The notes: generated from the sequence alone by a model not told the origin. 64,000 nucleotides of DNA from an uncultured bacterium (GCA_963977015.1 CAXBMO010000005.1:160001-224000), one strand, 5' to 3'; shown: positions 39,980 to 51,052, numbered from the stretch's first letter. A program made the numbers and translations.

Positions 39980-40180
39980 TCACCATCGCGGCTGCCGAGT
40001 CGCCTGGAGAACGCAGCGCCACAGGTGTCCCCCCACTTCCATTCGCTTCTTTTCGCTCACCACCGCCGGGATCGGAATATTGATGTATTGCCCGTGTTGC
40101 TGGCCGATCATCACCGCAGTTTTTCCGGCCATTCCGGCATGCACCGCGTGACGCCAAAACTGATCGCAGACAAAGCGGTC
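39980..40180 (-). pseudogene. Duplicated 3' end of the pfk gene (direct repeat of 41077-41277)
   Basis: 201 bp, ungapped, 7 mismatches, including the TGA stop. Confidence 0.95.
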
Positions 40181-40325
40181 CTGCATCCCCGCTCCTGTCG
40201 CTGACGCAATTTGTCACTTAAATATTGACAAGTATGGCCCACCTGAATACGCCTAAAATTAGGCGGACAACGAGCCATCGATAAGCGGCACAAGTCGAGA
40301 CACAGCAACCACCAATAACCGCTGA

Positions 40326-40748
40326 ATGAGAAAATCCCTACTAACGAGTTTCCTACTCCTCACTGCCATTGGAAGCTTGCACGCTGAGGAATTCCGATTT
40401 GAACTTAATCGGTATGGGTGGCTGGAGTTTGTGACAGGACAAAGCGGCTCGGTTCGCATGGTCCAAGCCGACAAAGCGGGAAACCTGGACGTGGTTTTTC
40501 AATCGGCACTCACGGCTGAGGATTCTTCGCGGTTTCTGACGCAACGAGGCACAGTTTTCACGTTGGAGAAACTCGGCAAAGTAGTGAGAGGGCATCCTGA
40601 GGATCGGTTTAACACCAATAGTGGCGACTGGAAGCTTAGCTTGTCGGGCACTGGAAAGGAGTTCACAAACGTGTTGGCTAGACTCAATGAAATGTTGGTC
40701 TGGCAGGATAAGGAAGTGAATTCAATTTACGGACGTCTTAATCCGTGA
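40326..40748 (+). CDS. Secreted hypothetical protein
   Basis: Signal peptide MRKSLLTSFLLLTAIGSLHA; 140 aa; AT-rich upstream region with TTGACA. Confidence 0.7.
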   Translation: MRKSLLTSFLLLTAIGSLHAEEFRFELNRYGWLEFVTGQSGSVRMVQADKAGNLDVVFQSALTAEDSSRFLTQRGTVFTLEKLGKVVRGHPEDRFNTNSGDWKLSLSGTGKEFTNVLARLNEMLVWQDKEVNSIYGRLNP

Positions 40749-40751
40749 TGG

Positions 40752-40833
40752 GTAGCCGAATTTGCCAGAAATTCGGATGAGAAGAGCGTTTGAAACGATG
40801 TTGAATGTCGGAATTCTTTGCGAATTCCGCTAC
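40752..40833. repeat. Inverted pair of GTAG-type REP-like palindromes (REPIN-like)
   Basis: GTAG-CCGAATTT-GCCAG-AAATTCGG at 40752-40776 on the + strand; GTAG-C-GGAATTC-GCAAA-GAATTCC at 40833-40810 on the - strand. Confidence 0.7.
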
Positions 40834-41010
40834 GGGGCAGGCTGCGTTTCGTCCACCCGTTCTCCAGTCAGATCGAACGCCTTATGCACGACGTAGGCGT
40901 CGCGTTCGATTTCGGATTCTTCGACGATGACGGCGGTTTTGATTGAGGGTGAATGAAATGTCCATCACGCCCTTTTCTTGCGTGGTCGAAACGTTCTGAA
41001 CGATCATGTC
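40830..41010 (-). pseudogene. Aspartokinase (LysC) C-terminal ACT-domain remnant with internal deletion
   Basis: Manual translation gives DMIVQNVSTTQEKGVMDISFTL (ACT1-like), then after a frame change IKTAVIVEESEIERDAYVVHKAFDL...stop (ACT2 end). Confidence 0.75.
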
Positions 41011-41076
41011 CGGAATGATCGAGTGATCCTCTTTCGCCCTAAGCCGACAAAAATGAGACCACCGCCTTCCACTTCC

Positions 41077-42384
41077 TCACCATCTCGGCTGCCGAGTCGC
41101 CTGCAAAACGCCGCGCCACAGGTGTCCCCCCACTTCCATTCGCTTCTTCTCGCTCACCACCGCCGGGATCGGAATATTGATGTATTGCCCGTGTTGCTGG
41201 CCAATCATCACCGCAGTTTTTCCGGCCATTCCGGCATGCACCGCGTGACGCCCAAACTGATCGCAGACAAAGCGGTCGTAACTATTCGCGGGAACGCTCC
41301 GAACGAAGTAGCTGGGATCAACGTATTTCAGGACCATGGGAAACTTCTCTTTGGCGAAATGCTCTTTGATGCGGTCGCGCAGGAAGTATCCGATATCTGC
41401 GCTCAGTAGATTTCCGGAGGCATCGCGTTCCTCTTCGCGGCCTTCGAAGAGATGCTGACCGGCTCCCTCGGCCACGACCACGACTGCATGCCCGCGCTTG
41501 CGGACGCGGCGCTCGAGGGATTTCAGAAAGCCGTCCTCCCCTTCGAGAGGGAACGGGATCTCGGGAACGAGGGTGAAATTCACTTCCTGGCTCACGACCG
41601 ATGCGCCAGCGGCAATGAACCCCGCATGGCGCCCCATCAGTTTGACAAGCCCGATCCCGTTGATGGCTCCGCGCGCCTCAACATGGATCCCGCGAATGAC
41701 TTCGCTTGCCTTGTCGAGGGCGGTGGCAAATCCAAACGACAGTCGAACGAAGGGAATATCGTTGTCAATGGTCTTGGGGATGCCCACGACTGCGATCCTT
41801 TCTCCTCTTCGTTCCAACTCCTCCTGCAGCAACGCTGCGCCCCGCTGGGTGCCGTCGCCGCCAATGCAAAAGAGAATATCGACCCCGTTCTCGCGCAGGA
41901 AATCCGCCATCACGGCAGGATCCTGCGGCCCGCGCGAGCTTCCCAACACCGTGCCGCCCAGCTTGTCGATGGGTTCGACGAATTCGCGATTCAAGAGGAT
42001 AGGTCGCTCGCCCTCGACGGGATTCAAACCGAGGTAACCATTTCGGATTCCCAGGACTTTCTCGACACCATAGTTTTCGGTCAGTTCGTAAAAGGCGGAT
42101 CGAATGACGTTGTTCAGCCCGGGTGAGAGTCCCCCGCAGGTCACGATGGCCGCCGTGGTTTCAGAAGGTTTGAAGAAGATCTTATCGCGCGGCCCGGCCT
42201 CTTCGAAACGCATCTCGTCCTGTGCCTTCGGATGTGAGTTCGTGACCACGTTGAACCGCACTCCACTAGCTTCCGATACGAAACACGACCCTTCTTCCGG
42301 AAAACTCGCCGACTCGAAATTCAATGGCGAGGGAATCGCAGCCTCTCCAAGGGTCTTCACAGTCAGGTCTTGTTGCGTGATCAT
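41077..42384 (-). CDS. pfkA: ATP-dependent 6-phosphofructokinase (GGDG + PKTIDND type)
   Basis: TCGGLSPGLN, GGTVLGSSRG, IGGDGTQRG, PKTIDND, MGRHAG, KYVDPSY. Confidence 0.93.
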   Translation of the reverse strand: MITQQDLTVKTLGEAAIPSPLNFESASFPEEGSCFVSEASGVRFNVVTNSHPKAQDEMRFEEAGPRDKIFFKPSETTAAIVTCGGLSPGLNNVIRSAFYELTENYGVEKVLGIRNGYLGLNPVEGERPILLNREFVEPIDKLGGTVLGSSRGPQDPAVMADFLRENGVDILFCIGGDGTQRGAALLQEELERRGERIAVVGIPKTIDNDIPFVRLSFGFATALDKASEVIRGIHVEARGAINGIGLVKLMGRHAGFIAAGASVVSQEVNFTLVPEIPFPLEGEDGFLKSLERRVRKRGHAVVVVAEGAGQHLFEGREEERDASGNLLSADIGYFLRDRIKEHFAKEKFPMVLKYVDPSYFVRSVPANSYDRFVCDQFGRHAVHAGMAGKTAVMIGQQHGQYINIPIPAVVSEKKRMEVGGHLWRGVLQATRQPRW

Positions 42385-43144
42385 GGTTCGTTAGGTGCAG
42401 ATTAAAGCTTCGAAGATTGTGAAGACACATGGCCAAAAGCCAACCGGATTTTTGGTGAAAGAGTTATCGCGAACCGCAACAAGGCCATTATACCGAATCC
42501 CGGGAGAACTCTGTCGTCATTGCCGATGAGGGTCCCTATGATTCTCAATCACTTCGCTTCCGGTGCGCCGAATGATCATTCAAGATGCCCCGCGACCGCT
42601 CCATCTTCAATCAACCGCTAACTCTTCTCAGTCCGCGGTTTCCCCGGCCAAGCAAAGCACCATGGTCTTGTTGCGAGCCGTCTGCCCAGTATATTTTTTG
42701 GTACTCTTGGCTTATGGTGGGATTTCATGGCCTGCCAGATTTGTGACCGGGAATGGTGGTGATGGTCGACCTTCGAATAGCTTGAGACGGTTTCCGATCG
42801 GGAACGGATCCAGACTTCGCTCTGGAATCAGTCTCCGGGGAGTTCCAGTATATTCTCATTCGGTTTGGGTGGCGTGTGGCACCACGATACCCGCCTCGGG
42901 CGGCAGTCTTTTTTGATGGTTCGCCCCACCACGCCTCCGATTCCCGTAGACTCCTCAGAATTCAGGAAAAGACTTGAAACCCTTTCTCTTCACGATATCG
43001 CCAATCATCCAGCATCACTTCGTTCGGAAACGAAATAGCAAAGATTGGGCAGGTGATCTGAATCTTCCCTCTTTTAGCCACGAGTGGAGAGGGTCTGAAC
43101 CTGGAAAACGAAAAGCCTGCTCAAGTCAAACCCTCCAATTCTCT

Positions 43145-44161
43145 ATGGACCCCGTCCAAAATTCGACATCTCCAGCACCTTACAGTCAGCCTGACCCACC
43201 GAACAGTAGGATCGCAATTGCATCCTTGGTCCTCAGTATTCTCGGAATCGTTACGTGTTTCTGTGGCCTCGTTTTTGGTCCCTTGGCGACGGTCTTGGGG
43301 CATCTGGGGTTGAACCAAACTCGCCCTGGAGGAAGGAAAGGGAGAGAGCTGGCAATGGCGGGTTTGATCATGGGGTATATCCAGATTGTATTCTGGGTGG
43401 GAATAGGCATCTCCGTGTCGCTTAGCGATGGAACCCAACTCAATCCGATCGAGAATTGGATGGATACCAGGAAAAAGGAAGTGATTCGCAACTCAGGGAT
43501 AATTCGACCAGAAGAGGCCGAGATTCATCTCATCCTCCCAAACGAACACAACCCGAGTCAGCCTCTTCCCGCTGCGATCTGGTTCCACCGGGGCCGCGGA
43601 AATTTATCCGCGATGAAGGAAAGGGAGGACTACTACCAGCGCGTCGCCACCGACCTGGGAATCGCGATTATCGGGATGACAGCCCCCCTTACGGCCGGCA
43701 CTGGAGAAGGTGAATGGATGGAGATGGTCGAGGACGATCATCATTATGTAACCGAAGTCCTTCGACTTCATGAATCCGAAGTGCGCATCGTTCCTGGTCG
43801 AGTGGTTTTGTTTGGATTGGCCCAGGGAGCACGAGTCGCGGGTGAGTTGGCTGGGAACTATCCGGAGGAATTTGCCGGTGCCATTGTGATTTCTCCAACC
43901 GGGTATCGAAAATTAGACCTTTCGTTTGGAGGCAATCGGGATCAGCATTTTGTCTGTGTGGTAGGGCAGTTTACCTTTGAGGACTATCGTACTACGACTC
44001 AAACGTTTGTGGATGCTTTTGAGAAAGCGGGAGCGTCCGTGATTCACCAAATCACTCCGAAATCACCGGCTCACGATTTTCCTCCCGATTTCGAAGCGCG
44101 ATTTCCTGAATGGGTGAGGCTGATTCTGGACTTGGAACCAGGTGGTCCAGATCAGCCGTGA
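43145..44161 (+). CDS. DUF4190 membrane anchor fused to an alpha/beta-hydrolase-fold domain (nucleophile Ser absent)
   Basis: AIASLVLSILG..LGHLGL.Q....GRELAMAGLIMG; then LFGLAQGA at the GxSxG position, YPEEFAGAI, HDFP. Confidence 0.75.
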   Translation: MDPVQNSTSPAPYSQPDPPNSRIAIASLVLSILGIVTCFCGLVFGPLATVLGHLGLNQTRPGGRKGRELAMAGLIMGYIQIVFWVGIGISVSLSDGTQLNPIENWMDTRKKEVIRNSGIIRPEEAEIHLILPNEHNPSQPLPAAIWFHRGRGNLSAMKEREDYYQRVATDLGIAIIGMTAPLTAGTGEGEWMEMVEDDHHYVTEVLRLHESEVRIVPGRVVLFGLAQGARVAGELAGNYPEEFAGAIVISPTGYRKLDLSFGGNRDQHFVCVVGQFTFEDYRTTTQTFVDAFEKAGASVIHQITPKSPAHDFPPDFEARFPEWVRLILDLEPGGPDQP

Positions 44162-44535
44162 ACCCTTTCGAAACTAAGGATCGATCCGAAAAAATGCCAA
44201 CTGATTGCGCTCACTTCCAAACTCGCAATCCGTGACGAGGAGACACTCCGAACCTGGATTGGTTTGGTGCGATTGACGATGCAGGAAACGCGTTTGGCGT
44301 TCGGCGCTTTGTTCGCGGCCCAAGTTGTCATCATAGGTTCGATCGTGAGGATGTCCTGAATTTTGGCCTGAACCTTCAATCGATGGATTGTTGCTCGCGA
44401 GAATCCGTCGATCGCGGTGATCAACTTCTCGAACAAGCCTGACTACCCCTGAATCTTGAAGTCAGCCTCGATTGTCCCAGTCCTTTCCTGGATAACTGAG
44501 ATTAATCGCTTGATGACCGCTTTCCCGGCATCAAC

Positions 44536-45651
44536 TCAAAACGCCCCGTCATTGAGCTTGAGCCGCTTGAGCAGGTTGCGATCCCGTTCGGTGACGAAAT
44601 TGACGACCGTGCCTTTCCGGCCGGCTCGCGCGGTTCGCCCGGCTCGATGGAGGTAATTTTTCATCTCCTTGGGCAAGTGATAGTTGATGACCCGGCCAAC
44701 GTGTTCCACGTCCAGCCCTCTCGCCGCGAGGTCGGTGGAAATCAAGAGCTTCAGACTGCCATCGCGAAACGCTTTGAGATTCTTTCGGCGCTCGGCCTTG
44801 TCCATGTCGCCACGATAAACAGCGCATTCGTAGCCTTTCTCAACGAGTTCCGCAGCGACCTTGTCACACTGCTCCCGCGTGTTGGAGAACAGGAGCGTTC
44901 CTCCGTCGACGGCGTCTCTCAACACCCGCTCCAGCAAGGGAAAGCGTTTTCCGTTGGGCACGAAATGATTCTCCGTGGCCAGGGTCGGAACGAGGCGATG
45001 ATGCCCCTGCGTTTCGATCCATTCCGCATCGCTGAAGAGTTCGTCGATCAGGGCCTGAACCTGATCCGAAACGGTCGCGCTAACCAAGGCCATTTGACGA
45101 TCGATCGGACAGGATTTGACGATTCGCTTCACCGCAGGCAAAAACCCTTCATCGAGAATCTGGTCGACCTCATCCAAGACCAGGGTGCGAACGTCGAACA
45201 AGTTGACGAGGTCCTGCTGCATCAACTGTTCCAGGCGGCCGGGAGTCGCCAGCAAAATTTCAAACGGTCCCGCGACGTTCCGGCGGGCCACCGACATCCC
45301 AACCACCCCGAGCGTGGAACGAACCCGGAGTCGGGTTTCGTGGGTGAAGACCTTCAGCACCTTTGCCACCTGTTCCCCGAGGTCACTGGTCGGAACGAGA
45401 ATGACCGCACGAGGTTGGCCGGCCGTCGAAACCGAATCGCCAGCGACTTCCAACTGCTTCAATTTCTGCAAAATCGGCAACGCATAGGCGAGCGTCTTGC
45501 CGCTTCCGGTTTCCGCGACGCCGACAACGGACTTCCCCTCCAGAAGAGCCGGCAGAGCAAGCTCCTGAATTTCGGTCGGCGTGACGAACCCTTCCTTCTT
45601 CAGAGAGGATTGGATGGACGGAATCAGGTCGAATGCGCTGAAGGTAGACAT
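44536..45651 (-). CDS. DEAD/DEAH-box RNA helicase (minimal core)
   Basis: Q motif GF..PTEIQ, AETGSGKT, TPGRL, DEVD, SAT, ARGLD, HRAGRTAR. Confidence 0.93.
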   Translation of the reverse strand: MSTFSAFDLIPSIQSSLKKEGFVTPTEIQELALPALLEGKSVVGVAETGSGKTLAYALPILQKLKQLEVAGDSVSTAGQPRAVILVPTSDLGEQVAKVLKVFTHETRLRVRSTLGVVGMSVARRNVAGPFEILLATPGRLEQLMQQDLVNLFDVRTLVLDEVDQILDEGFLPAVKRIVKSCPIDRQMALVSATVSDQVQALIDELFSDAEWIETQGHHRLVPTLATENHFVPNGKRFPLLERVLRDAVDGGTLLFSNTREQCDKVAAELVEKGYECAVYRGDMDKAERRKNLKAFRDGSLKLLISTDLAARGLDVEHVGRVINYHLPKEMKNYLHRAGRTARAGRKGTVVNFVTERDRNLLKRLKLNDGAF

Positions 45652-45715
45652 GCGCGAACCCTACAACGAAACTGGCGAAAGGCATGAAAATTGCGCAAGT
45701 CAGAACCAGAATGGG

Positions 45716-46549
45716 CTAATCCTGGGCGGGAACCGGCCCAAGCTGGGTTTCCAGAGACTCTGCGACTTTCAATCCAAGATACGCGTTACCTTCTGCACTG
45801 AAATGAACGTCATCCGGATTCTGCAGCTCATCAAGACGTGGAGTGATCGCTGAAAACAGATCATTCGTGGCAATTCCGTGCTTTTTCATGACTTCAGCGG
45901 CAGCCTCATTGCGCTCGACAATACTCGCAGCCTTCCACTTTTTGGGTTCGAAATCCGGTATCGGAGTCGTGTTTGCCCAAATCACGGTGGCGCCCGTCTC
46001 CTTCATTTTCTCAACGAGTTGTTCCAATCGATCCGTGTAATCAGCGATGGGGGTATTCCGGTCATGGATACCAAAGTTGAAATGGATGAAGTCCCATTTT
46101 CCGTTCCCCAACCAGACATCGATTTTCCTCAAACCGGTTGCAGTCGGGCCACAATTCGCCGGTGCCCGATGCACGTTGGCCTTTCCCTTGAGCTCTTTTC
46201 GCACGGTCTGCGTGTAGGCTCGCGAAACCGAATCGCCGATCAACAGGATGCGGGGCAACGCGGGATCGTCCGCAACAAAATCCCACGCGTTGGACTGTCC
46301 AGCAACTTTCTGGCGCTTGTGAATCGGAAGATAAAAGCCGCCCAACTCCGCTTGGAGAACCGTTTCCCAAGCTTGTTGTTCCGGGGTCAGGGTTTCCACC
46401 CAGGTTAGATACTCGGCATCGAGTTTGGCCGCGGCTTTGGCCTTTTGAGCGGCAGCCTCTTCGGCATCGGTTGGCTCTGCATTCTGGGCGATCAACGAGA
46501 ACGTGCCCAAACCGAGACTGAAAAGAAGGAGTGTGAGGTTTTTTCGCAT
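45716..46549 (-). CDS. SGNH/GDSL hydrolase family protein, exported
   Basis: LIGDSVS, FNFGIHD, DDVHF; signal peptide from ATG 46549. Confidence 0.9.
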   Translation of the reverse strand: MRKNLTLLLFSLGLGTFSLIAQNAEPTDAEEAAAQKAKAAAKLDAEYLTWVETLTPEQQAWETVLQAELGGFYLPIHKRQKVAGQSNAWDFVADDPALPRILLIGDSVSRAYTQTVRKELKGKANVHRAPANCGPTATGLRKIDVWLGNGKWDFIHFNFGIHDRNTPIADYTDRLEQLVEKMKETGATVIWANTTPIPDFEPKKWKAASIVERNEAAAEVMKKHGIATNDLFSAITPRLDELQNPDDVHFSAEGNAYLGLKVAESLETQLGPVPAQD

Positions 46550-46682
46550 GTGTTCGTAGTAATTTCCAGATTGTTCGGTTTGCCCATCAAAACTTAAGCC
46601 AAAATTTCCGTGCAGGTCCGTTAACCTGAGACACCGCCCCGCCATCCGAGCAGTGAGACGCTCGTGAAGCAGTTGTGAGGAA

Positions 46683-48158
46683 TCAGGCCAACACCTCGGG
46701 AATCAGCTTCCCTTCGACATTGGTGAGCCGTCGCTCAATGCCGTTGTGCTCGAAACTGAGCCGCTCGTAGTCCAAGCCCAGCAGGTGCAAAATGGTCGCG
46801 TTAAAATGGTAAAGCGGATGAACGTCTTCGATCGCCTTCTGCCCAAGTTCGTCCGTGACGCCATGGCTGATCCCAGGTTTCACGCCAGCGCCCGTCATCC
46901 AGCAGGTGAATCCGTCAGGATTGTGATCGCGACCTTTCGAGCCCTTTTGAAAGAACGGCATCCGCCCGAATTCAGTGCACCAAACGACGAGGGTATCTTT
47001 CAGCAACCCCCGTTGCTTCAAATCACGAATCAATGCGGCCGCGGGTTGGTCGAGAATCTCCGCATGAACATCGTATTGATCTTTCAGCGCGTTGTGACCA
47101 TCCCAGTTGAGCCTGCCCCCACTGGCGTAGGCTCCGTTGAAGAGCTGGACAAAGCGCACGCCCTTTTCGATCAATCGGCGGGCCAGAATGCAGTTCTTCG
47201 CAAACGCAGCTTTGTTCGCATTCTTCGGGTCGTCCGCTCCGTACATCTTCAGAATATGGGAGGGCTCGGTGCTCAGGTCATTGATCTCCGGCACGCTGAG
47301 TTGCATGCGGGCCGCGAGTTCATAACTGGCGATCCGCGCCGCGAGTTTGCTGTCGCCCGGGTTGGCTTCGAGATGGCGCGCGTTCAGTCTCTGCAGGATG
47401 GAGCTGGCAGCCCGATCAGCGGAAGGATCAACGCCGGGTGCAACCAGGTGACGAACCGGTTTCTTCGAGCTCATGGTGGTCCCCTGAAAGGCGGCAGGCA
47501 GAAATCCCGGGCCCCAATTGTTGGAACCATTCTGCGGAACTCCACGGGGATCCGGTATCGACACATAGGAGGGCAGATCCTGACTTTCACTCCCCAGCGC
47601 ATACGTCACCCATGATCCGAGACTGGGGAATCCATCCAACACGAAGCCGGTCGAGAGAAAATTCTCCGCCGGGCCATGCGTGTTCGACTTGCTCGTGAGC
47701 GAATGCACGAATGCAATGTCATCGGTGTGCTCCGCAAGGTGCGGAATCAGATCGCTGACCCATTTGCCGGTTTGGCCGCGGGGACGAAAGTCATATTGCG
47801 GTCGCGCCAGGTTTCCCGCAGGACCTTGAAACGTCACCGCGGGTCCTCCCGGCAGCGGTTTGCCGTCCCAGTTGATGAGTTCCGGCTTGTAATCCCACGT
47901 CTCCAGTTGGCTGACCGCCCCAGCGCAAAAGATCACCACGACATTCTTCGCCTTGGCCGGGAAATGAGACTTTCGCGGCGCATAAGGCCGGGCGGGATCA
48001 ATGATAGTTCCCTCGCGTTCCGAGGCCAGAAGCCCATCGCGACCCAGGAGATTCGTCAACGCGATTGAGCCGAGCGCCGTGCTGCTGTTCGATAGAAACT
48101 GGCGGCGATCAAGCAGGCTACGGCCCGTCCGTGAAAGGTGTTCGGCATCAGGAGTCAT
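46683..48158 (-). CDS. DUF1501 domain protein, Tat-type signal
   Basis: [52 protein letters not shown]. Confidence 0.92.
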   Translation of the reverse strand: MTPDAEHLSRTGRSLLDRRQFLSNSSTALGSIALTNLLGRDGLLASEREGTIIDPARPYAPRKSHFPAKAKNVVVIFCAGAVSQLETWDYKPELINWDGKPLPGGPAVTFQGPAGNLARPQYDFRPRGQTGKWVSDLIPHLAEHTDDIAFVHSLTSKSNTHGPAENFLSTGFVLDGFPSLGSWVTYALGSESQDLPSYVSIPDPRGVPQNGSNNWGPGFLPAAFQGTTMSSKKPVRHLVAPGVDPSADRAASSILQRLNARHLEANPGDSKLAARIASYELAARMQLSVPEINDLSTEPSHILKMYGADDPKNANKAAFAKNCILARRLIEKGVRFVQLFNGAYASGGRLNWDGHNALKDQYDVHAEILDQPAAALIRDLKQRGLLKDTLVVWCTEFGRMPFFQKGSKGRDHNPDGFTCWMTGAGVKPGISHGVTDELGQKAIEDVHPLYHFNATILHLLGLDYERLSFEHNGIERRLTNVEGKLIPEVLA

Positions 48159-50908
48159 GGCACAAAGAGAAACTCATTGCTGTTGAAGAGTGCCCGGCAG
48201 AGAACTTCCAAGCCGTAGTTGCGGACGAGAGGTTCCGTTTCGCGAAGCTCCTCCGCCGTGGGTTCACGCTGAAGCGCGAGCAGCCAGGCACGGGAAATCT
48301 GGGAGGCCGGATCGTCGCCCCTTTCGCTCCTTACTCGAGCGGCAAAGGCTGCGGAGTGATCCAGCGTGAAACGGCTATTGAAGAGATTGAGAGCCTGGAT
48401 CGGCGTGGTCGAGGCACGTCGAATTGCGGTGCTTTGTCCCGCGTCCGGACAGTCAAAAGCACCGAACACCGCCTCGGTCTCGCGTCGCACTTTGTGGGCA
48501 TAGATCATTCGGCGTTGATTGGCGAAATCAAAGGTCTCCACCGGTTTAAAACCGCTCAGGCCACCACGTTTGTCGAACAAATCGTAGCCGCGTCCGAACA
48601 TTTTCAGATTCAGCTTACCACTCACGTAAAGCATCGAATCGCGAATGGCTTCGGCTTCGAGGCGTCGCGACGGATACCGCCACAGCAGACGCACGTTGGC
48701 ATCTTTCTGCGCCGGAACCGCACGCTGCGCAGCCGCCTGACCGTAGGTGTCGCTCAACACGATCAACCGATGGAGGTGCTTGACGCTCCAGCCGGATCGA
48801 ATGAACTCGCCCGCAAGCCAATCGAGAAGTTCCGGATGCGTGGGAGGCACACCATTGCGTCCGAAGTCGCTCGGGGTTGGCACGAGCCCACTGCCGAAAT
48901 GCCCTTGCCAGATGCGGTTCACCATGACGCGTGCCGTGAGCGGATTGGCTGGAGCGGCGATCCATTCGGCCAAGGTTTTCCGTCTCTCCTGCTCGGGCGC
49001 CCCATGCGGCAAGGCAATATCCCCGAGTGCACTCAAGACCGCGGGAACAACTTTCTCTTTCGGTTGCTCGGGATCTCCACGGTTCAGCAGGTGAATGGAG
49101 TCCGGATCGCGAAAGGCACCGGCAAAGACGTTCTGGGCATTGGTCGCGACCTTGATCTTCGCTTCGACCGTTCCACGCTCCCTAACCAGCGATTTCGCCT
49201 TCGCGACCTCATCCGGGTCCAGTCCATCGCTGGTGAATTTGCCAGAGAGCTTCTTCTTCGGATCAAAAGGCGCTCGATCACCGAAATCGGCAACCATCTT
49301 CCAGCTTCCGTTCCCTGTTTCCACTTCAATCGAGTAATCAATCGCCAGTCGATCCTTGAATTTGCCCTGACGATCCCGGCTCCAGACAACCCGCTCGACC
49401 GTTTCGGCCTGCGGGAGTTCCACGATCACCCAACCTTTCCCTTTCTCATCCGACATCCAACTGCGGGAGTTTCCATATTCGCCGTCGTTGAGAAATTTCA
49501 GATCATGACGATTGGCAACGATGATGTTTCCTGAAGAGGAAACCTTCGCTCCCGCCCGGTCCAATGCCACATTCTCTCCTTTGGAATTGAAGACCTCCAG
49601 TTCATCCACGCAGGGTTCGCGGAAACTGTCGCTATCGGTGGCGAGAATCGAGAATCGAACCCGCCTGGTTTTAACGGGAGCGAAGCGGTCCACGTTTTCG
49701 CGAGCGTGAATCATGGGACGCCGGGCTCCGGATCCAGCGAGGGGAACGAGTGAGGCAAGCTGCTGATCGATCTCGACGAGGCGCGACTGGAGTTCGATGA
49801 CTTGTTTTCGCGCCATCTCCGCTTCCGGCGTTCGCAACTCGCGATCGGCATAGTCAACCCCGGCAACAAAGGCCTGCATGGAGTAGTAATCCTTCGCCGA
49901 AATGGGGTCGAATTTGTGATCGTGACAGCGTGCGCATCCGATGCTGAGCCCGAGGAAGGTCTGCCCGATGTTGTTGACGATTTCGTCGAGCGAATCCTGG
50001 CGGGCGAGCCGCTTCGATGGTTCGTCCTTGCCAATCTGGCCCCGCAACAAAACCGAGGCAGTGACCAGAAACCCCGTCGCGGCATCCTGCCCCATGGCGT
50101 CGCCAACAATCTGCTCCCGGATGAACTGGTCGTAGGGAGTGTCGCAATTGAAGGCGCGAATGACGTAATCACGATAGGGCCAGGCATTGGGCCGCTCCGT
50201 GTTGACCTCGAAGCCGTGCGTATCAGCATAGCGCACGACATCCAGCCAATGCTGCGCCCAACGTTCGCCATAGCGAGGCGAGGCGAGCAGACGCTCGACA
50301 ACCGCATCACGATCTCCGTCCTTCAGGAATGCCTCCACTTCTTCGGGCGTTGGCGGAAGCCCAATCAGGTCCAAGGTCACTCGTCGCAACCACGCGACCG
50401 GCGTCGCAGGCCCCGATCGGCTCAAACCGGCTTCCGCAAGCTTCACGTCGATCCATGCGTCGATACCTCCTTCCCCAGCGGTATCCGGCGACGAGAGCGG
50501 CTTGAAGCTCCAGTGATCGGTCCGGTCCTCCAGTTGAACCAAATCCACCCCGTCGGGCCAGACGGCGCCTTCTCCGATCCAGCGCGTAATGATCGCAATG
50601 TCACCGTCCGACATTTTGCCATCCGGAGGCATCACCTCATCCTCATCATCGGTTCCGATGAAGTGGGCCAGCGGGCTTTCCGCCACATTCCCGGGAACAA
50701 TGTCAGGCCCATGATTGTAGCCCCCTTTGAAAGCGAGCGACTTTACGTCCAGCCGCAGCCCGGATTTCTGCTTCTTTTCCCCATGGCAATCATAACAGTG
50801 TTTCTCGAAAATGGGCCGAACGTCACGAACGAAGTCGACTGGCGTCGCGGCGCCACGGTCCGCGATCAGGACAAGCGAAAAGAAGAGGCTGAGACGAAAA
50901 AGAATCAC
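48155..50908 (-). CDS. Planctomycete cytochrome c + DUF1549/DUF1553 (PSD1) protein with inserted discoidin-like domain
   Basis: [66 protein letters not shown]. Confidence 0.92.
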   Translation of the reverse strand: MILFRLSLFFSLVLIADRGAATPVDFVRDVRPIFEKHCYDCHGEKKQKSGLRLDVKSLAFKGGYNHGPDIVPGNVAESPLAHFIGTDDEDEVMPPDGKMSDGDIAIITRWIGEGAVWPDGVDLVQLEDRTDHWSFKPLSSPDTAGEGGIDAWIDVKLAEAGLSRSGPATPVAWLRRVTLDLIGLPPTPEEVEAFLKDGDRDAVVERLLASPRYGERWAQHWLDVVRYADTHGFEVNTERPNAWPYRDYVIRAFNCDTPYDQFIREQIVGDAMGQDAATGFLVTASVLLRGQIGKDEPSKRLARQDSLDEIVNNIGQTFLGLSIGCARCHDHKFDPISAKDYYSMQAFVAGVDYADRELRTPEAEMARKQVIELQSRLVEIDQQLASLVPLAGSGARRPMIHARENVDRFAPVKTRRVRFSILATDSDSFREPCVDELEVFNSKGENVALDRAGAKVSSSGNIIVANRHDLKFLNDGEYGNSRSWMSDEKGKGWVIVELPQAETVERVVWSRDRQGKFKDRLAIDYSIEVETGNGSWKMVADFGDRAPFDPKKKLSGKFTSDGLDPDEVAKAKSLVRERGTVEAKIKVATNAQNVFAGAFRDPDSIHLLNRGDPEQPKEKVVPAVLSALGDIALPHGAPEQERRKTLAEWIAAPANPLTARVMVNRIWQGHFGSGLVPTPSDFGRNGVPPTHPELLDWLAGEFIRSGWSVKHLHRLIVLSDTYGQAAAQRAVPAQKDANVRLLWRYPSRRLEAEAIRDSMLYVSGKLNLKMFGRGYDLFDKRGGLSGFKPVETFDFANQRRMIYAHKVRRETEAVFGAFDCPDAGQSTAIRRASTTPIQALNLFNSRFTLDHSAAFAARVRSERGDDPASQISRAWLLALQREPTAEELRETEPLVRNYGLEVLCRALFNSNEFLFVP

Positions 50909-51052
50909 CGGGTGGGGTTTACGGTATACAGCCCAGTATCACCTGCCGGGAGGTTTCTCAAGCTGTCGCTATCTCGCCGGTCCACGCAAGGCATGACTTC
51001 AGATTCGCAATCAGCGCAATGCACGGCTAGAATTGTGCCGAGACGATAAATA

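Noticed and set aside
39980-41277. Repeat pair as a diversity-generating retroelement TR/VR
   Set aside because: Mismatches are not adenine-specific on either strand, and there is no reverse transcriptase gene.
42520-43040. 117-aa ORF and adjoining frames with a hydrophobic stretch
   Set aside because: Probably a decayed membrane-protein gene, but no family is recognisable and boundaries cannot be set.
44152-44535. 94-aa minus-strand ORF downstream of the helicase
   Set aside because: No motif or convincing start; may be a gene remnant.
44536-45651. DEVD instead of DEAD in helicase motif II
   Set aside because: A known tolerated variant; all other motifs are intact.
46683-50908. DUF1549/DUF1553 + DUF1501 pair as a novel system
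   Set aside because: Function unknown, but this is a well-known, highly paralogous PVC module with nothing unusual here.
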